The notes: generated by a model not told the origin, from the letters alone. A DNA stretch of 64,000 nucleotides from the human T2T-CHM13v2.0 reference genome, Homo sapiens (GCF_009914755.1 NC_060935.1); one strand, 5' to 3'; positions 25,091 to 39,236 are shown, counted from the first letter of the stretch. A program made the numbers and translations.

Positions 25091-25344
25091 TGAAAAGATT
25101 AAATCTTGATTTTCGAATCATACTCATAGATGAAAAATACAATATTATGTCATTATCATGTACAGACATTGTTAAGACACTGTTTGCTTCTTTCTTCCTC
25201 TAGTCCTCTAGTCCTCCACCAGTGCCTCCCAGTGGCCTAAACCAGCAGGAGCCATATGAAAAAGAAGTCTGGAAGTTGCTAGTCCTTCACAGGAGGATAC
25301 AAGAATGGCGACGAGAAGATCTGAGGACTAAACTACGAGATTTA

Positions 25345-25500
25345 GGATGAACAAATCTAGGAGCCAGAAGATGTACCTGCTAGTAAACGCTATGATCTTT
25401 AAAAAGTCTTGAGCCAACGTGACCTTCGGAATTTTTCATCTGTAAAATGAAATATTGGACTAGACGGTCCCTGAAACTTCTTAAAGTCCTTGATTCTACA
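25345..25500 (+). mobile_element. MIR (MIR3/MIRc-like)
   Basis: ttttcatctgtaaaatga...ggactagacggtccctgaa...gattcta. Confidence 0.7.
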
Positions 25501-27731
25501 GTGGAATGGTTGGTACAGCTTTGATTTCATTGTCTGTTTATACCTGGCTGAATTCTCTTGTGACATGTGACTGTCCTTCTTAAGAAACTGACAGGCAACC
25601 AAGTAGCTGATTGTTGAGATATCGAAATGTTTCAGGGAATGCAGAGAATACAGCCTACCTGATATAAAGTCTGACAGCAACAACAAAAAATCTCTCTGGG
25701 CAATTTTATTTAATAATTAAAACAAAAGGTTTGGAGGAAATATTCAAATTGCCACTTTAACAAGAGAGGAACCTGTGGTGAGAATGCTTCAACAGTGATC
25801 TGGACTGGCATTAGAGCTAAAGAATCCCAGCCTGATGTGATAGTGACTCTGGCTGCTTTATGTTCCTCAGGAATCCCAGGATGTCTTTCAAACAAACAAA
25901 TAAACCAAACAAACAACAACAATGAAATATTATCTTTATCACTTATCGCAGATGATTTTCCCAGAATTGTTGGCTCAAATTTTAGAAGAAATTCTAGAAA
26001 CTGATTCAACATAAAATTCAAACCCGCTAGCTCTTCATTTAAATCATGGAATCACTTGTTTGCTATTGAACCACATGTTGACATTGAAGTACAGATGTTT
26101 GATGATGAATTCATTCCTCTTTGTATAACAGCAACTACATGATAAGCCAGGGAAAATATGGCAGCATCTTTTATATCTTCATTTGTTTGAAACAGATAAA
26201 AATATTTTATTTTCCTTATTCTATGTCAAGTAACCCAATAATGAGAAAATCTAAACTTACTTTTCAAGGGATTTTTAAATTGTATTAAATTTGTAAAGGT
26301 AAAGCAATAAGTTAAATTCAACACACAGTTTGAAATATATCAGTTACGGAGCCAACTGAGATGTCAATCATTTAGTAGTTCTTCTCTCTGAAAATAGAGA
26401 ACATTTAGAAGCAGATCCAGAAAGTTTCATTTTAACCTCAACTGGAACCAGGAACAGGAACTGAGGTTGCTTACTAGCAGATCATGATACAGTGGACACT
26501 GACATTCTTCCAGACATTAAATCATTTGCAGTTTCTCTTTGACAGATTTAAAACCTGAGAAGTTAATTGTGGGAGCTAGTCCTGATTCACCCAAGATCAA
26601 CTAGCAGTTGCAAGAACATTTTCACTCAAAAGCTTGAAAATGAATCAAGTTTACTTGTTAAGATGTCCAGCAAATAGCAAGATAAACATGGTAATATATT
26701 CAGTTTTAAATATATAAGTTTATATCAATAATATATTTAAAATAGCATACTTTAAGGCTACTAATGAAAATGTGAAGCAAAATGAAAAATGTTAGCTTGC
26801 AAGAGAAACTGATTTTATTTAATGGGTTATTTTACTTCAGTAAAATCTTGGTTATGCAAAATAATGGAAAAAAAAATCTGAGTAAGCAAAGCTTTGATAT
26901 GGCTAGAAAATAAAGTACATTTTTCTTGTACTTGTAGCCTTACTGTTGAGAATTTTAAGAAATGGTGCTCCTTGTTTAAATTCAATTGGCCTTTAATGGG
27001 CACATAACACATGCTGGACATTACAGTAGGAGGCTGAAAAGAATACCATAAATAAATAACCCCCTGGCTCTCAAGGAATTCTTAGACTCAATGAATAGAG
27101 TACATTGAACACAAGAGAATATATATATATATATATTTCTAGAATCCTTCAGACTTATATTCAGTTTCAGAAAAAAAAAAATCATTTTGAGTTTCAATTT
27201 CCATTGCCTTAGCCTGAAGATGGAAGTGGAGAAGAACAGAAGAAGGATCACCGGCTTTAGAAGAAGTCTTGAGGATGAAACGAAATAATGTGTGTGAATG
27301 CTCTTAGCATAATATATGCTACTTTGCAAATGTCAACAGCATTAATATTTATTTATTTATTTATTGTATCTGTCACATGGCAGACATTATTACGTTGGCT
27401 ATCTCCCCAGTAAGAGCTTGTGGATGGGAAGGAAGTTGGATGTCACAGACTTTTTCTTAATTAATCAACCAAACATGTATTGTGTATCTATCAGAGTAAG
27501 ACTGAACTACATAGGTTGAGTCATACAAACCAGGTTTCTCTGAGAACACATAGGAAGGATATCAAAACCAAATGTTGGGTGCCAGAAACTGATTACTTAA
27601 GGAAACCAGTATTTGAAGAATGAGGTGAACGTACCCTATGAATGAGGGTACGTTTTTAGACAGTTGTTCGCAATTTAGAGCAGTTGTTTCTATGAAACAA
27701 ATGAAGGAATAGTTGGTTTCAGAAACTCAGA

Positions 27732-28051
27732 CATCAGTCAAATTTCTTTTTTTCCCCTCTTAATATGTAACTAGTTTAATTATGCAAATAAGTGAAACAA
27801 AAACTAAATACAAATTTTAAGGTGCAGAAAAACTTTTGCTCTGTTTGTACAGAAAAATCCAACCATTTGTTTTCTGGTTAAAAATAAACAGGTGTTAGTA
27901 AGAGAGTGCACACTCCATTAGAATTCCAAATGGTAGGGAAATAGAAGAGTTTTCCTGGTGGTGTAAATTGCTTCCCCCTACAATGTCCCCCGTCTTTCAA
28001 AACTTTAGAATTTGCACTGTAACTCTTTCACCAGTCATCAGTCAAATTTCT
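27732..28051 (-). pseudogene. Putative L1-mobilised retrocopy of an mRNA/lncRNA 3' end (288-bp insert 27748-28035 plus TSDs); parent unknown
   Basis: Perfect 16-bp direct repeats catcagtcaaatttct (27732-27747, 28036-28051); decayed T-tract inside left TSD; ATTAAA on minus strand at 27775-27780; TTCT/AA endonuclease-type site; insert not recognised as a repeat. Confidence 0.65.
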
Positions 28052-28929
28052 AAGATAGACCAAAAAAACCTGCAATTATTCATAAACTGAAATAGAATCC
28101 TTCTTTTATATAAAATTTTGTCACAAACTATTGGAATGAGCTTACCTAGTATGCATTCTATATATTATAATTATTGAGAAATGGAATCTTAGTACCTGTC
28201 TGCCAGTGTTAAATGGCAACAAAGGAGCATTTATTTCATCAAAAATGTACTGAGTTTCTATTAAATTGATAGAGCTGTCAGAGGATGAGGGAATATAAAA
28301 GAGATTTCAAAGTTGTGTCTTCTCTAGGAACTTACAATCTACTGGGAAAGACATAGATACATATGCACATAACTAAGCAATTAGGTTTAAAATAGAATAC
28401 GTACAAGTGTTATACAGATCAGTAAAGTATGGAACATTTAGTTTTACAATATGTTAAGGATTTAGAAGCAATAATAAAACAAACTATGAAGATAAACAGT
28501 GATAGTTTAACACTGTCTCTAATTCTCCATTTGGTTCTGGATATTTAAAATCACTTTAAAGCAGAATTGTTTGTATGCCCGGAAGTCAGAATATTGACTG
28601 TCTCTTTCCTCTTCCCGTTTGTCTTACAATACATTTTTTACCATCAAAACTTTTCTGCCTATGTTCTTGGATTTTTATAACCCAACAAAAGGATGTAAAT
28701 TAGTCAGCGTTCTATAAGAATCACCTAATTTATGATCTTCAAATTTGAGACGTGGATCTTAGCTGAAGGGCTAGAGAGCATTTAAGATGTTCTTTGTATT
28801 GGATGTCATGAAAAATATATTACTTCAGAAAGAATAACAAAAACTTCAATTTCTGCTAAACCTTTCAAAGAAGAGATGTTGTGAATCTATTAAAACCTCA
28901 GTTAAAACTCTGACTCTTGTGTATGTTTC

Positions 28930-29900
28930 AGTTGGTTCTTATCCCATTCTCTCTTTGGTTCACACTTCACCAGCCACATTGGCTTTCCTTCTGTCCCTCA
29001 AAAAGCAGATCGTTCTTTCTTTACTCCTTAGACTCTTTATCCTGACTGTCTCCAACTCCTCCAGATCTTTGGCCAGTTAGCTACTTCTCATCATTTAGGT
29101 TTCACTCTAAACGTCACCTTTTAGAGAGATCTTGCCTGACCATCTAGCCTTTTGTGTCATTTGTTTTCAGGAACAGGTAAAAGAAAATGTGGTTCAAGTT
29201 TATGTTAAGAGCAGGAAATATGAGATCCTACAAGAGGAGATCCTGAGGTCAGGTGAGTTTCAGGTGATTGGCTTAGTACCCTAACAAGTTTGTTCCTTTT
29301 TTAACTCTAGCTTCCATATCATCATCTTCCTCCTAAAGCTGGTTCCCCCTTCGTGGTGGTAAAAATGATTTCAGGGAAAATCTGGGCCACAAGGCTCCTT
29401 GTTAATACTATAAAACTATTAATTTGTTATGGCTCTTTCATAAAAAATAATTTTTTTAAACTTTCTCAGATGCCTGCAGTAAACTGGTTTTACATTTTAT
29501 TGACTGGAACTGGGTCACGTGATTATGCTTGAACCAATCATTGATAAAGTAGATGGGAATAATTTATAAATATGAGATAGGAGTCATCACCAATTGAACT
29601 GAAGTCCTTCTCCAAATCATGTATTGTTGTTATTCATCAAGAGATGATGAAGTAAGTGCTGGAGATTCAACCAAAATGTCTACATTTCCCTCAAATATAA
29701 TATTATTGTCTTTTCGAGTTTTTACACTCATCACAATTTTAAGTTATATATTTATATGTGTTGTTTTGTATATATATGTATATATATAATTGTCTGCCTT
29801 GCTATCATAATAAAAACATCATAAGAGGATAATTTTTGTCTTATTTAATGATGCATTTTTACTTAGAAAAATAAAATGATGCTCAATAAAATTGCTGAAT
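28930..29900 (+). mobile_element. L2 3' fragment interrupted by an ancient MLT1 LTR (~29155-29685)
   Basis: cagccacattggctttccttctgtccctca, ctacttctcatcatttaggttt; MLT1 ggaactgggtcacgtg...tgaaccaatca; tail gctcaataaaattgctgaat. Confidence 0.6.
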
Positions 29901-31009
29901 TAGAGGATGAACTGGAAACATCACATCATGACTTTCTTAGTCTCTAATAGTCTCCTGACTTCACAAGGATGAGAAACTTTGAGAAGTTATTATTAACTGA
30001 CTTTTCCTTCTTATCTCCTAGAGTCTCTTACATTCCTAGGAGGCCCCAGTTACTGGTGGAGGGTTCCTAAACAACAGTAATTTTATCAGTCTTGGACACT
30101 TCTGAAGTAGGCTTTGAAGGATAAATAAAATAAGTCATTGTTTAAAAATAGAAGCACAAGAGAAGATGAAAAGGAAATACAAATTGTAGGAACACATGAT
30201 GAAATTGCATGAGGTGTGCTAAGAAATGAAACCAGTCTGGTGTGACTAAATCTGGGAGCTGTAGAGTGACTGGGGCAGTAAGGCTGGGAGGGAAGCAGTG
30301 AAGCTGACCTACAGATAGTCTTTCTCAGTCATGTCTATGGTTCTGATTGGCTCTAATTTTCTGGTCACTGGTTTATTGACCTCAGCACATTTATACTTTG
30401 TTTTATATTAAGTCACCTTAAAAACCTCTTATTTATGTATACTTGATATCTCAGGTATAGTTTACCTTTTGACTTGTTTGTAAACTCATTAATAACACTC
30501 AATAGTTTTACTGTGTGTTAGAATAAAACATAACTGACCTGGATATAAGCTAAGCTTTAAGAAAGGATCTTGAGTGACTTTGTTTTTAAAACCACTTATC
30601 CTCAATTCACATGGGAAACACACGGTCATATTAGTAAGATAATACTGAATAAATGAAAGACAGAATGACTCAGAAAACCTGTCTCTTTGTTTTTTGTTTT
30701 GTTTTGTTTTGTTTGTTGTTGTTGTTGGTTTTTAATCAGGCTTCCCCTTTACTCATGTGATCATAGAAGAGTGTCGCTGAATCCTTTCAAAGTTTGATTT
30801 CCTCATTGGTCAAGTGAGGATGATAAAGCTGATGACAATTGTTGAGAGATATAAGTCAAATGAGGAAGACCCTTGGGAAAATGAAAATGCTACAGAAATG
30901 TATATAATGGGGCTGGACATTATTCTGAAATCAGAATAATAGAAGCAAAGATGAGAAGAGGAAAAGGTTAAGATTGTAAGTTTGGCGCCCAAATGGGAAA
31001 AACTAACTC

Positions 31010-31011
<2 letters not shown>

Positions 31012-31040
<29 letters not shown>
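31012..31040. repeat. Orphan poly(T)29
   Basis: 29 consecutive T with no adjacent Alu/L1 body. Confidence 0.95.
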
Positions 31041-31042
<2 letters not shown>

Positions 31043-31682
31043 CTATCTGGAAGATTTCAAGCTGCACATACACTCTTAAGAAACAAGTTTCACATTTCAC
31101 TGTAAGAAATGGAGATAATCAGCTGAGTAAATAGTTATAAAGCTCCAAGCCCAAAGACTTCTACAATTTCAAGATTCTGTGTTAAGTAAATATTTCTGAG
31201 TTGGAATGGACCTCTTTGTAAGCAGAGATTATGGAGATCTATAGCCTGTTTGAGATTCTTGTCTTTCTCTTCCCATCTTCACTTGAGAGGGAATAAAGAA
31301 ATTATCTTACCTTAATATAAGAAAAAAAGTCACTGCATCAGGGCCCAGGAAACTGTCCACTAATTACTTATGTAACCTTGTATTTACTCATAGATTCGGT
31401 TTTTCTTTATAAAATGAAGGGACTATATGAGATAAACCCTGAGATTCTTCTGTTCACTAAAATTTCACAGTCCTTAAGCATGCAGAGGAAATAGTGAATT
31501 TGAATCCCAGGTAACTTTCCCTGATCACTCAGCTGAGTCCCTTATATTTGCAGTATTTGGGGGAATATCTGTCAGCTTCCACACACATTTCCACACAATT
31601 CTTTTATTCTGGTTTTGGCTGACTTACTTCGGGGAGTCATTTTGCTGGCTAATTTAGGCCATGTCCTATTATCCAGCTGGGT

Positions 31683-31910
31683 GATAATAATAACAGCTAC
31701 CACCTATATCACACTACATGCTGGGCACTATTTTAAGAACTTTAATACATTAACTGATTCAATCTTCATAACAGCTTTATGATGCAGACATTATTGTGAT
31801 GCTTATTTTATAGATGAGTAAACTGAAGCAAAGTGTGGTTATGTAATTTGTCTAAGTTACACTACTATTAAGTGCCAGAGTAGCACTTCAAATCTAGACT
31901 GTTTTATAAC
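31683..31910 (-). mobile_element. MIR SINE
   Basis: atttttatagatgagtaaactgaagca...taatttgtctaagttacac. Confidence 0.8.
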
Positions 31911-32704
31911 CCCGCATATGTGTGCTAAAGTAATAAACTACACTCAGTATGGAGGGTAGAAGGAAAGATGGCAAAAAGAAGTCTACAACTAGAAGGAACA
32001 GAGCCAGGCTCCCAGATCATTATGTCAGGTATACAAGGACAGGTAAGCGATTTAAACACATGTGGGCAAGTGACCAGAATCTGAGTTCTATCCCATAGGC
32101 CAGTTTACTCTTGGAACTTTGTCTTTGGGATTGCCTGCCAAAAATGTGACTTTAAATATAAAACCAACAAAATGAAATCATTTCTTGGAGAACATTTCTG
32201 TGGTTCCCTGTGGCATGCCAAGTTCACAATATCTGTCTTAAATTTTCAAGCACATGTGTTGTAGTAATTTTATGGGGTAATGAGTTGGCTTCCATTAAAG
32301 ATATTTTATTTTTACAGGGGCTGGGGCTGGAGAAACATTATGTGGCAGGCAGTGAAATATCTTGCTTTTTCAGATTGCTTTAACTAATCATCTCAGGTGG
32401 ATTTTCTAGGAACTCTGGTTTTTAACCATTTGACCGCTATGGATTTCAGTGGGCTGTGACTGAGGCTTTGAATGTAATACCATGGAACATAGTGGTAAGG
32501 AATGGAGAAGTTCAGGATTTGGTGGAAATAATAAAAGTAGAGTGGAACAAATGTGGTACTTTCATTTCAAACTGAAAATTCGAATGTAATTTAAGTGCAT
32601 TCCTTGGATTCAATAGAAAATAGTTTAACAAGTGGCAAGAGCTAACAAATGTAGGCCAGATATAATTTATCAAAGCTAGCATAGTCTCCCATTCCAGTTT
32701 ATCA

Positions 32705-33941
32705 CATGGAGGATGCTGCTAGTTATCTACCCAATATCTAACCTCTCCTTCTTTCTTATTGGCAGAGACCCAGTTTTGCTACTAAAATATTTTATTCCCC
32801 ATATTACCTTACAAAAAAAGAGTTGGAGCTGTGACACATTTTTGACCAAAGAGATCTATCTGGAAGTCGACTGGGATTTCCTGGAAAGCAGCTTCTTCTC
32901 AATCCTCCTAACTGGTGAGTGGGACATCAACAGCTGTCTTATAACTATGAGCAAGAAACATTAGTTATGGTTAGCCACACAGAAAGATGGAGAGGTCTAG
33001 ATTCTGGATTCATTGTGAAGCTGCTGTAGCTACATGTAACTACTCAGGCACAGAATTTTTTGTTTCCTAAAAAAAAAATATATATATATTTGTACGTGTA
33101 CACAGTTGCCTAATTCTGAGCCTGTTAGAAATACTCTCACTGTGCTTTTTCCTGTTACCCACGCCCTTCTTGTGGCCTCAACTTAGGAGTTGACAGGTTT
33201 CCACCTAGTTGTGCCTGTGCCGAGGGATCGAGAGGGCTCATTCCTTCCATTGCAACTGCCATTCTTGATTATGATGGATTTTCTTGATGTTCTCAGAGAA
33301 AGAAAAGGAATGTAACCTGAGATATGATCACTTGCAACAATCTGTTTAATTTCAACATAATAAAGATATTAGTCAGGGTAAAAAATGAGAGAGAGAGAGA
33401 GAGAGAGAATTTTACTTGAGAGGGCAAGAGAACATGAAAGAGCTTGGTGCCTGATCCTTGCTCCATATTGGGGTACAGAAAATTCCATGGATCTTCTGAT
33501 GGAAAGAAAGCTGTATAAGGCTGGTGGCAGCCTTCAGCATTCTGGTAATGGAATACAGCCCCATTCTCCATTGGGTAAAATGTCTCTGAGGCTAAATACC
33601 AGTAGGATTTGAGATCTCTGGTCAATAAATACTATTAGGGAATTTTGACAGAACTTTGAAGGGAGAGTTCAAGAGGTACCAGAGTTAAATGGATGTAATT
33701 CACACAGTTCATCTGATGTTACCAAGAAAAGACAAGCTTGAAGCTGAAGACCTTCATGTTGAGGATGACATATTAGAAGCTGAAGAACTGCATGTTGAGG
33801 GGGTCTTTGATGGCACTGTTACACTTAAACAAAATGACCTTGGGCTTATTTTTGCATGAGTCAAATAAATCCTTTACTTGTTCAAGCCACTGTTGGTTGG
33901 GTTTCCTATTATCTGGAGCTGAATTCATTTCATACTACTAC
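32705..33941 (+). mobile_element. Ancient MLT1 (J/K-type) LTR fragments (32705-33060 and ~33740-33941)
   Basis: gctgtgacacatttttgaccaaagagat, gggatttcctggaaagc; 3' end aataaatcctttacttgttcaagccactgttggttgggtttcc; middle segment unassigned. Confidence 0.5.
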
Positions 33942-34322
33942 ATCCCCTCTTCTCTCTCAATACACCTGCTTGGTGAGTGCTCAATAGATGGTTAGTATGT
34001 CAGGGAAACATAACTGGGTGAAGGACATACTTCGTGATAGAGGAGTTTGACTAATTGTCTAAGCCTCTATAATCTCTGCTTTGTACTTATGTTTGTTAGT
34101 TTGTTTTGTCCAAAAAATTTTAGGCTGATTATATTTGGATGTGTTCTATAAATATCAGTTTCTTTATCAGTCTGAGGTGGGTTGTGACCTTCTAAGGAAA
34201 TGGGGGCATTTTGATTTTCTAAAGACAGTTCAAAGAAGGTAGGATGAAAGGCAGAGAAAAAGGAAGGTGAAACAAAGATAGAAACAGTAAGCAATTGTGC
34301 AGGAAAGATATGCTTATCATGC

Positions 34323-34679
34323 TGTTATGATTTGAATGATTGTTCCCTCCCAAAGTCATGTTAAAATTTAATTGCCATTGTACAGACTTAAGAGATAACT
34401 AGGCCATGGGGAATTATTGAAGGTTGAATGCCTTCATAAAAGGGCTTTCAGGTGTGGGCTCTTTCTCCATCTCTCTCTCTGTTTTACCCTACCACCTTCC
34501 CAACATAGGATAGCCCTATCCAACATAGGATAGCACACCAAGAAACCATGTGCCAGATACCAGCACCTTGATATTGAACTTTGCAGACTCCAGAACTGTG
34601 AACCAAAACATTTCTGTTTATCATAAATTACTCAGTTTGTGGTATCCCGTTATAGCAGCACACAAAACAGACTAAGACA
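34323..34679 (+). mobile_element. MSTC-like solo LTR
   Basis: tgttatgatttgaatg...ccagcaccttgatattgaactttgcagactccagaactgtga...gactaagaca; TSD catgc/catgg. Confidence 0.85.
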
Positions 34680-35266
34680 CATGGTGCAAGTCATCATGTC
34701 ATCTTATTTATTTATTTAAACAGTTCTTGAGGCATATTTTCTTAAAACTGCCACACAAAATTAGAAATCTGATACCCAAAATGGGTAAAATACCTTATCA
34801 ATAAGTGTCAGAACCAGATTTCATATCCAGATAGTCTGATTCTAAGCATTCACATTTCCTGTGACCTTTGCCCAAGGAAGAGACATTATCTTTAGTACAC
34901 CAGACATGATCAAAGCTACCCTTTGCTCTGGGAGCTGGGGGGATTATATCTATATCTACCAAGGCCATTTGCTATACAAGCAGCCTTGAAAATATAATGG
35001 GGAACAATGGCAGCCAGTGCCTTTGTTTGCAAACAGTATAAAAATGAGAAAGATCCATGGATAACAATGTCCCCAAAGCATTTACTTTTTGAATCCTCAT
35101 TTTCTGATTCTTCCAGAGTCTTCTGTCTCACACACTTCTCAGCACAGTTCCATCTTTGTTCCCCTTAATTTATAGGTGCCTGGGGGCTTTCATCTTTTTA
35201 CGTCTTCTTATCATCAGAGAAAAGTTTTTGAAACTCATTTTAGGCAATATATATATATATAATATA

Positions 35267-35434
35267 CCTTCTGCTGTAATTCTAAGTTCCCTGAGGCCCT
35301 CTCCAGAAGCTGAGCAGATGCTGGTGCCATGCTTCCTGTGCAGCCTGCTGAACTGTGACTCCAAATAAACCTCTTTTCTTTGTAAATTACCCAGTCTCAG
35401 GTATTCCTTTACAGCAACATAAATGGACTAACAC
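35267..35434 (+). mobile_element. MSTB LTR 3' half
   Basis: ccagaagctgagcagatgctggtgccatgcttcctgtgcagcctgc...aaattacccagtctcaggtattcc...ggactaacaca. Confidence 0.85.
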
Positions 35435-35502
35435 AGCAACAGAAGCATAAGCATTCATTCATTAGCTCATTTATTTATTCAGTGTTTATTGTGTAATTTC
35501 TA

Positions 35503-35721
35503 CAGGTTGAGCATCGCAAGTCTAAAAATCCAAAGTCTGAAATGCTCCAAAATCAAAAACCTTTTGAGTACATGATGGTTAAAGAAAATGTTTACTGGAA
35601 TATTTTGGATTTGGGATGCTCAATCAGTAAGTACAACGTAAACATTCCAAAATTGAAAAAAACCTGAAATCTGAAACACTTATGGTCTCAAGCACTTTGG
35701 ATAAGGGATACTCAATCTCTG
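35503..35721 (+). mobile_element. Tigger4a/MER46A MITE (TcMar-Tigger)
   Basis: TA-flanked; TIRs caggttgagcatc.../...ggatactcaatctctg; tctgaaatgctccaaaatc. Confidence 0.85.
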
Positions 35722-36099
35722 TATAGAAAGTACTAAGTGCTTTCATTTGAGACAGGGTAAGTTTTAGTAAGCCAACAAGGGAGCACTTCAGATACTGGTG
35801 AGTCTAAAGAAGTAAAAAGTATTAATTTCACTGGGGGTGAGATTTGGTGCTTTTACATTTTATGGTCAAGAAAGACCTCATTTAGAAAAATGAAGTTTTA
35901 CCTAAAAACTCAAAGGATAAAAGAATCATCATAAAAAGAACCTGAAAAATAATATTTCATAAAAAAAGAGAGAATGTGTCTCTTTAAGTGAAAAGACCCT
36001 GAAAAATAAGTCTTAAATCTAAAGTGTATACTAGGTGAAACTGCTAAAGTTGTACACCAAACCAGTCAAATCTTGGAAATTTCATACTGGACTTGGAAT

Positions 36100-36243
36100 A
36101 TTTACATTTTACTTACTGGTTGAAAATCCCAAATCCCAAATGCTATGATGAGCATTTCCTTTATTGTCATATCAGTGCTCAAAAAGTTTTGGATTTTGAA
36201 GCATTTCAGATTTGGAGTTTTCAGAATTGGAATGCTCAACCTA
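36100..36243 (-). mobile_element. Second Tigger4-type fragment, inverted relative to 35503-35721
   Basis: tgctcaaaaagttttggattttgaagcatttcagatttgg...atgctcaacct. Confidence 0.8.
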
Positions 36244-36764
36244 GAAATGTTAACTGACATGCAGTTACTGCTGTTAAGAATTATGTGTGTTTCTGAGTAT
36301 TTATTTACTTAATTTCATTGAAAATAAGTTTACAAATTCTGTGTCAGTAACTTTGAACTTGTTTCAATGCATAAAAATGTAAGCATCGCATACTTTTTCA
36401 AGGTTTTCTTTATTAGTAGTTTAAAAGTTTGAAGAAAATGGCTGAATGGTTTGCAAAACTCTGAGAAACTACAAAAAAAAATAGTGCAACTTTACAGGGC
36501 AGAACAAATAACCTATTAGACAAAATGAAACTCTGCAAGGATAATAACTGGAAATTAAAACAGGAGAAAGCAGATTATAAACAAATAAAAGTTCTAGATG
36601 TCAGCAATCTGTAGTCAACATGGAAGCATTTAACGTAGGAAATACGTGTTTCAATTGTGATTTCTATAAGGCTAAATACTGGAAGTAAACTATTGCATGA
36701 ATAACTGCTAAGTTATATTAAGAATATGTATTTTACCTCTAGGGACAGCTATTTCATAATCTAT

Positions 36765-36965
36765 TGTGCTACTATTAATTCTATGTGTTAATTTGACTGA
36801 ACCATGAGAACTCAATATTTGGCTAAGTATTTCTCTGGGTGTATCTGGGAGAGTGTTTCTGGATGAGAATAACATTTGAATCAGTAGACTGAGTAAAGCA
36901 GATTGCTCTCCCCAAAGTAGATGGGCTTTGCTCAATCGGTTGAAGGCCTGTATAGAACAAAAATG
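36765..36965 (+). mobile_element. MLT2 (ERVL) LTR 5' fragment
   Basis: gtgtttctggatgagaataacatttgaatcagtagactgagtaaagcagattgctctcccca. Confidence 0.85.
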
Positions 36966-37615
36966 AGTGTTGTTTCTCATTGTCTGTTGAAAACATCTAT
37001 ACATGTGGTATAAAAGAGTATTTAATATGAAATCTTATATTGTTTGTAATTTTAATCTAATCATTTGTTTCAGAAAGGAGAAGGAAATAGATTATTGACA
37101 TTACTGACACATTCTCAAGTGTTGACAAAGTTGTATTTACAAACACTTATGTATCCCTTCTTAGTGATTCATGAACACAGAAATTCCTTTGAGAACTGAT
37201 GAAAGCTATGAACACTCAAACAACCTACAAATGTTTTCTTGCAGTTTCAGTGCTTCACAATAACCCTGAAAGTAGTTCAAATATCTCAGTTTAAGAACTC
37301 CCACTTATTCCTCAGAATAAGTCTTAGAAATAAATATTCTTATACCCTTCTATCAATTAAAAAAATAAAAGATTAAAGAAGTAAAATAATTACTTGCCCA
37401 AGTTCACATAGCTAATGAGAAGCAATACTGAAACTAAATTCAGATCCACCTGAATCGAAGTTTGGTCACTTTTAATCATATCATACTTCAAATCTAGTTT
37501 TTCAGTTTTTGTTTTTATCACTTAATATCTGACTTTTTTAACTTGCAATTCAAGGAAGTTAGGAAAAGATCTGCTTCTTACTGTTGTCCTACAGCAATTA
37601 TAATTTGAAATTTGA

Positions 37616-37968
<353 letters not shown>

Positions 37969-38924
37969 TGCTAGAAGGTTTTGACGTTTGAAAAGAATGC
38001 CTCATTAGCTGACACAGAAAGATATTCCTACTGCATGCGTTACTTCTATTTCACAAACTGGGCACTGGTGTTATGGTCTGATATAGCTATAAGGTAAAAA
38101 GGTTTATGGTAAGTTAATTAAGTTCAGGGTTTGGCCTAAGACATAAACTGCCTCTAGATGCAAAAGTGTATCCAAATTGTATGAAATTTTAAGTAGCACA
38201 ATACAAATCTAAAAGCTCAATGAAACTCTCAGAATGCAGATGGAAATGATGTTTGGCTTGGGAAATGGGGCCAGGTCCAAAGGGATTGTGAAGACTTTTG
38301 GGATTTGAGAAAGCACCATAGTGGCATTAACCTTTCCACAGTCGCTTAAAATTTTCTAATTGAAATATGAATGTGAAAGAACATCTCATGGTCTATGATT
38401 TTTCCTTTAAGGGAAAAAGTCTGGAAGGAAAATTTATAAATTAATGTAATTGTCAACATGCAATTTATTAAGAAAACAAATTTACATGTTACCTATATTA
38501 TGATATCTAGTGTGTCCTTGGTCGTTAATTAGAACTGTATATTGTATTTGACTTCTAATTGGCCACCAGAAAAGAGTAATGCTTAAACATATTTTTAATT
38601 TAACATTTGAAAGAAATTAACTGTATAGTTTTGAATCAAAACAAAACAGTGCTAAAAAAAAAAAAAAGATGCCATATAATGAATGCTTCCATAAGAGAAA
38701 GTCACCACTGACTGTGTAATTTCTCTTGAGACCAAGGGCTCATGATCAATAGCTCATTTCAAAGTTGCTTTTTTAAAAAATGACCAGAAATACTTGGAAA
38801 ATAAGCAGGTCATTTTCATAAAGGAATGTGGCATATGGAGAAGGAGAAGGAGAAAGTGCAAGGATTATGAACACCTACACTATTTCCTTCCTTATATGCT
38901 TCTTTTTCCTCACAGCTTTTTTAA

Positions 38925-39236
<312 letters not shown>

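Noticed and set aside
28579-28586. Perfect ETS motif CCGGAAGT as a promoter
   Set aside because: Single motif without CpG enrichment or supporting elements
30983-30992. Retroviral tRNA-Lys primer-binding site (tggcgcccaa)
   Set aside because: Only the first ~10 nt match and there is no adjacent LTR
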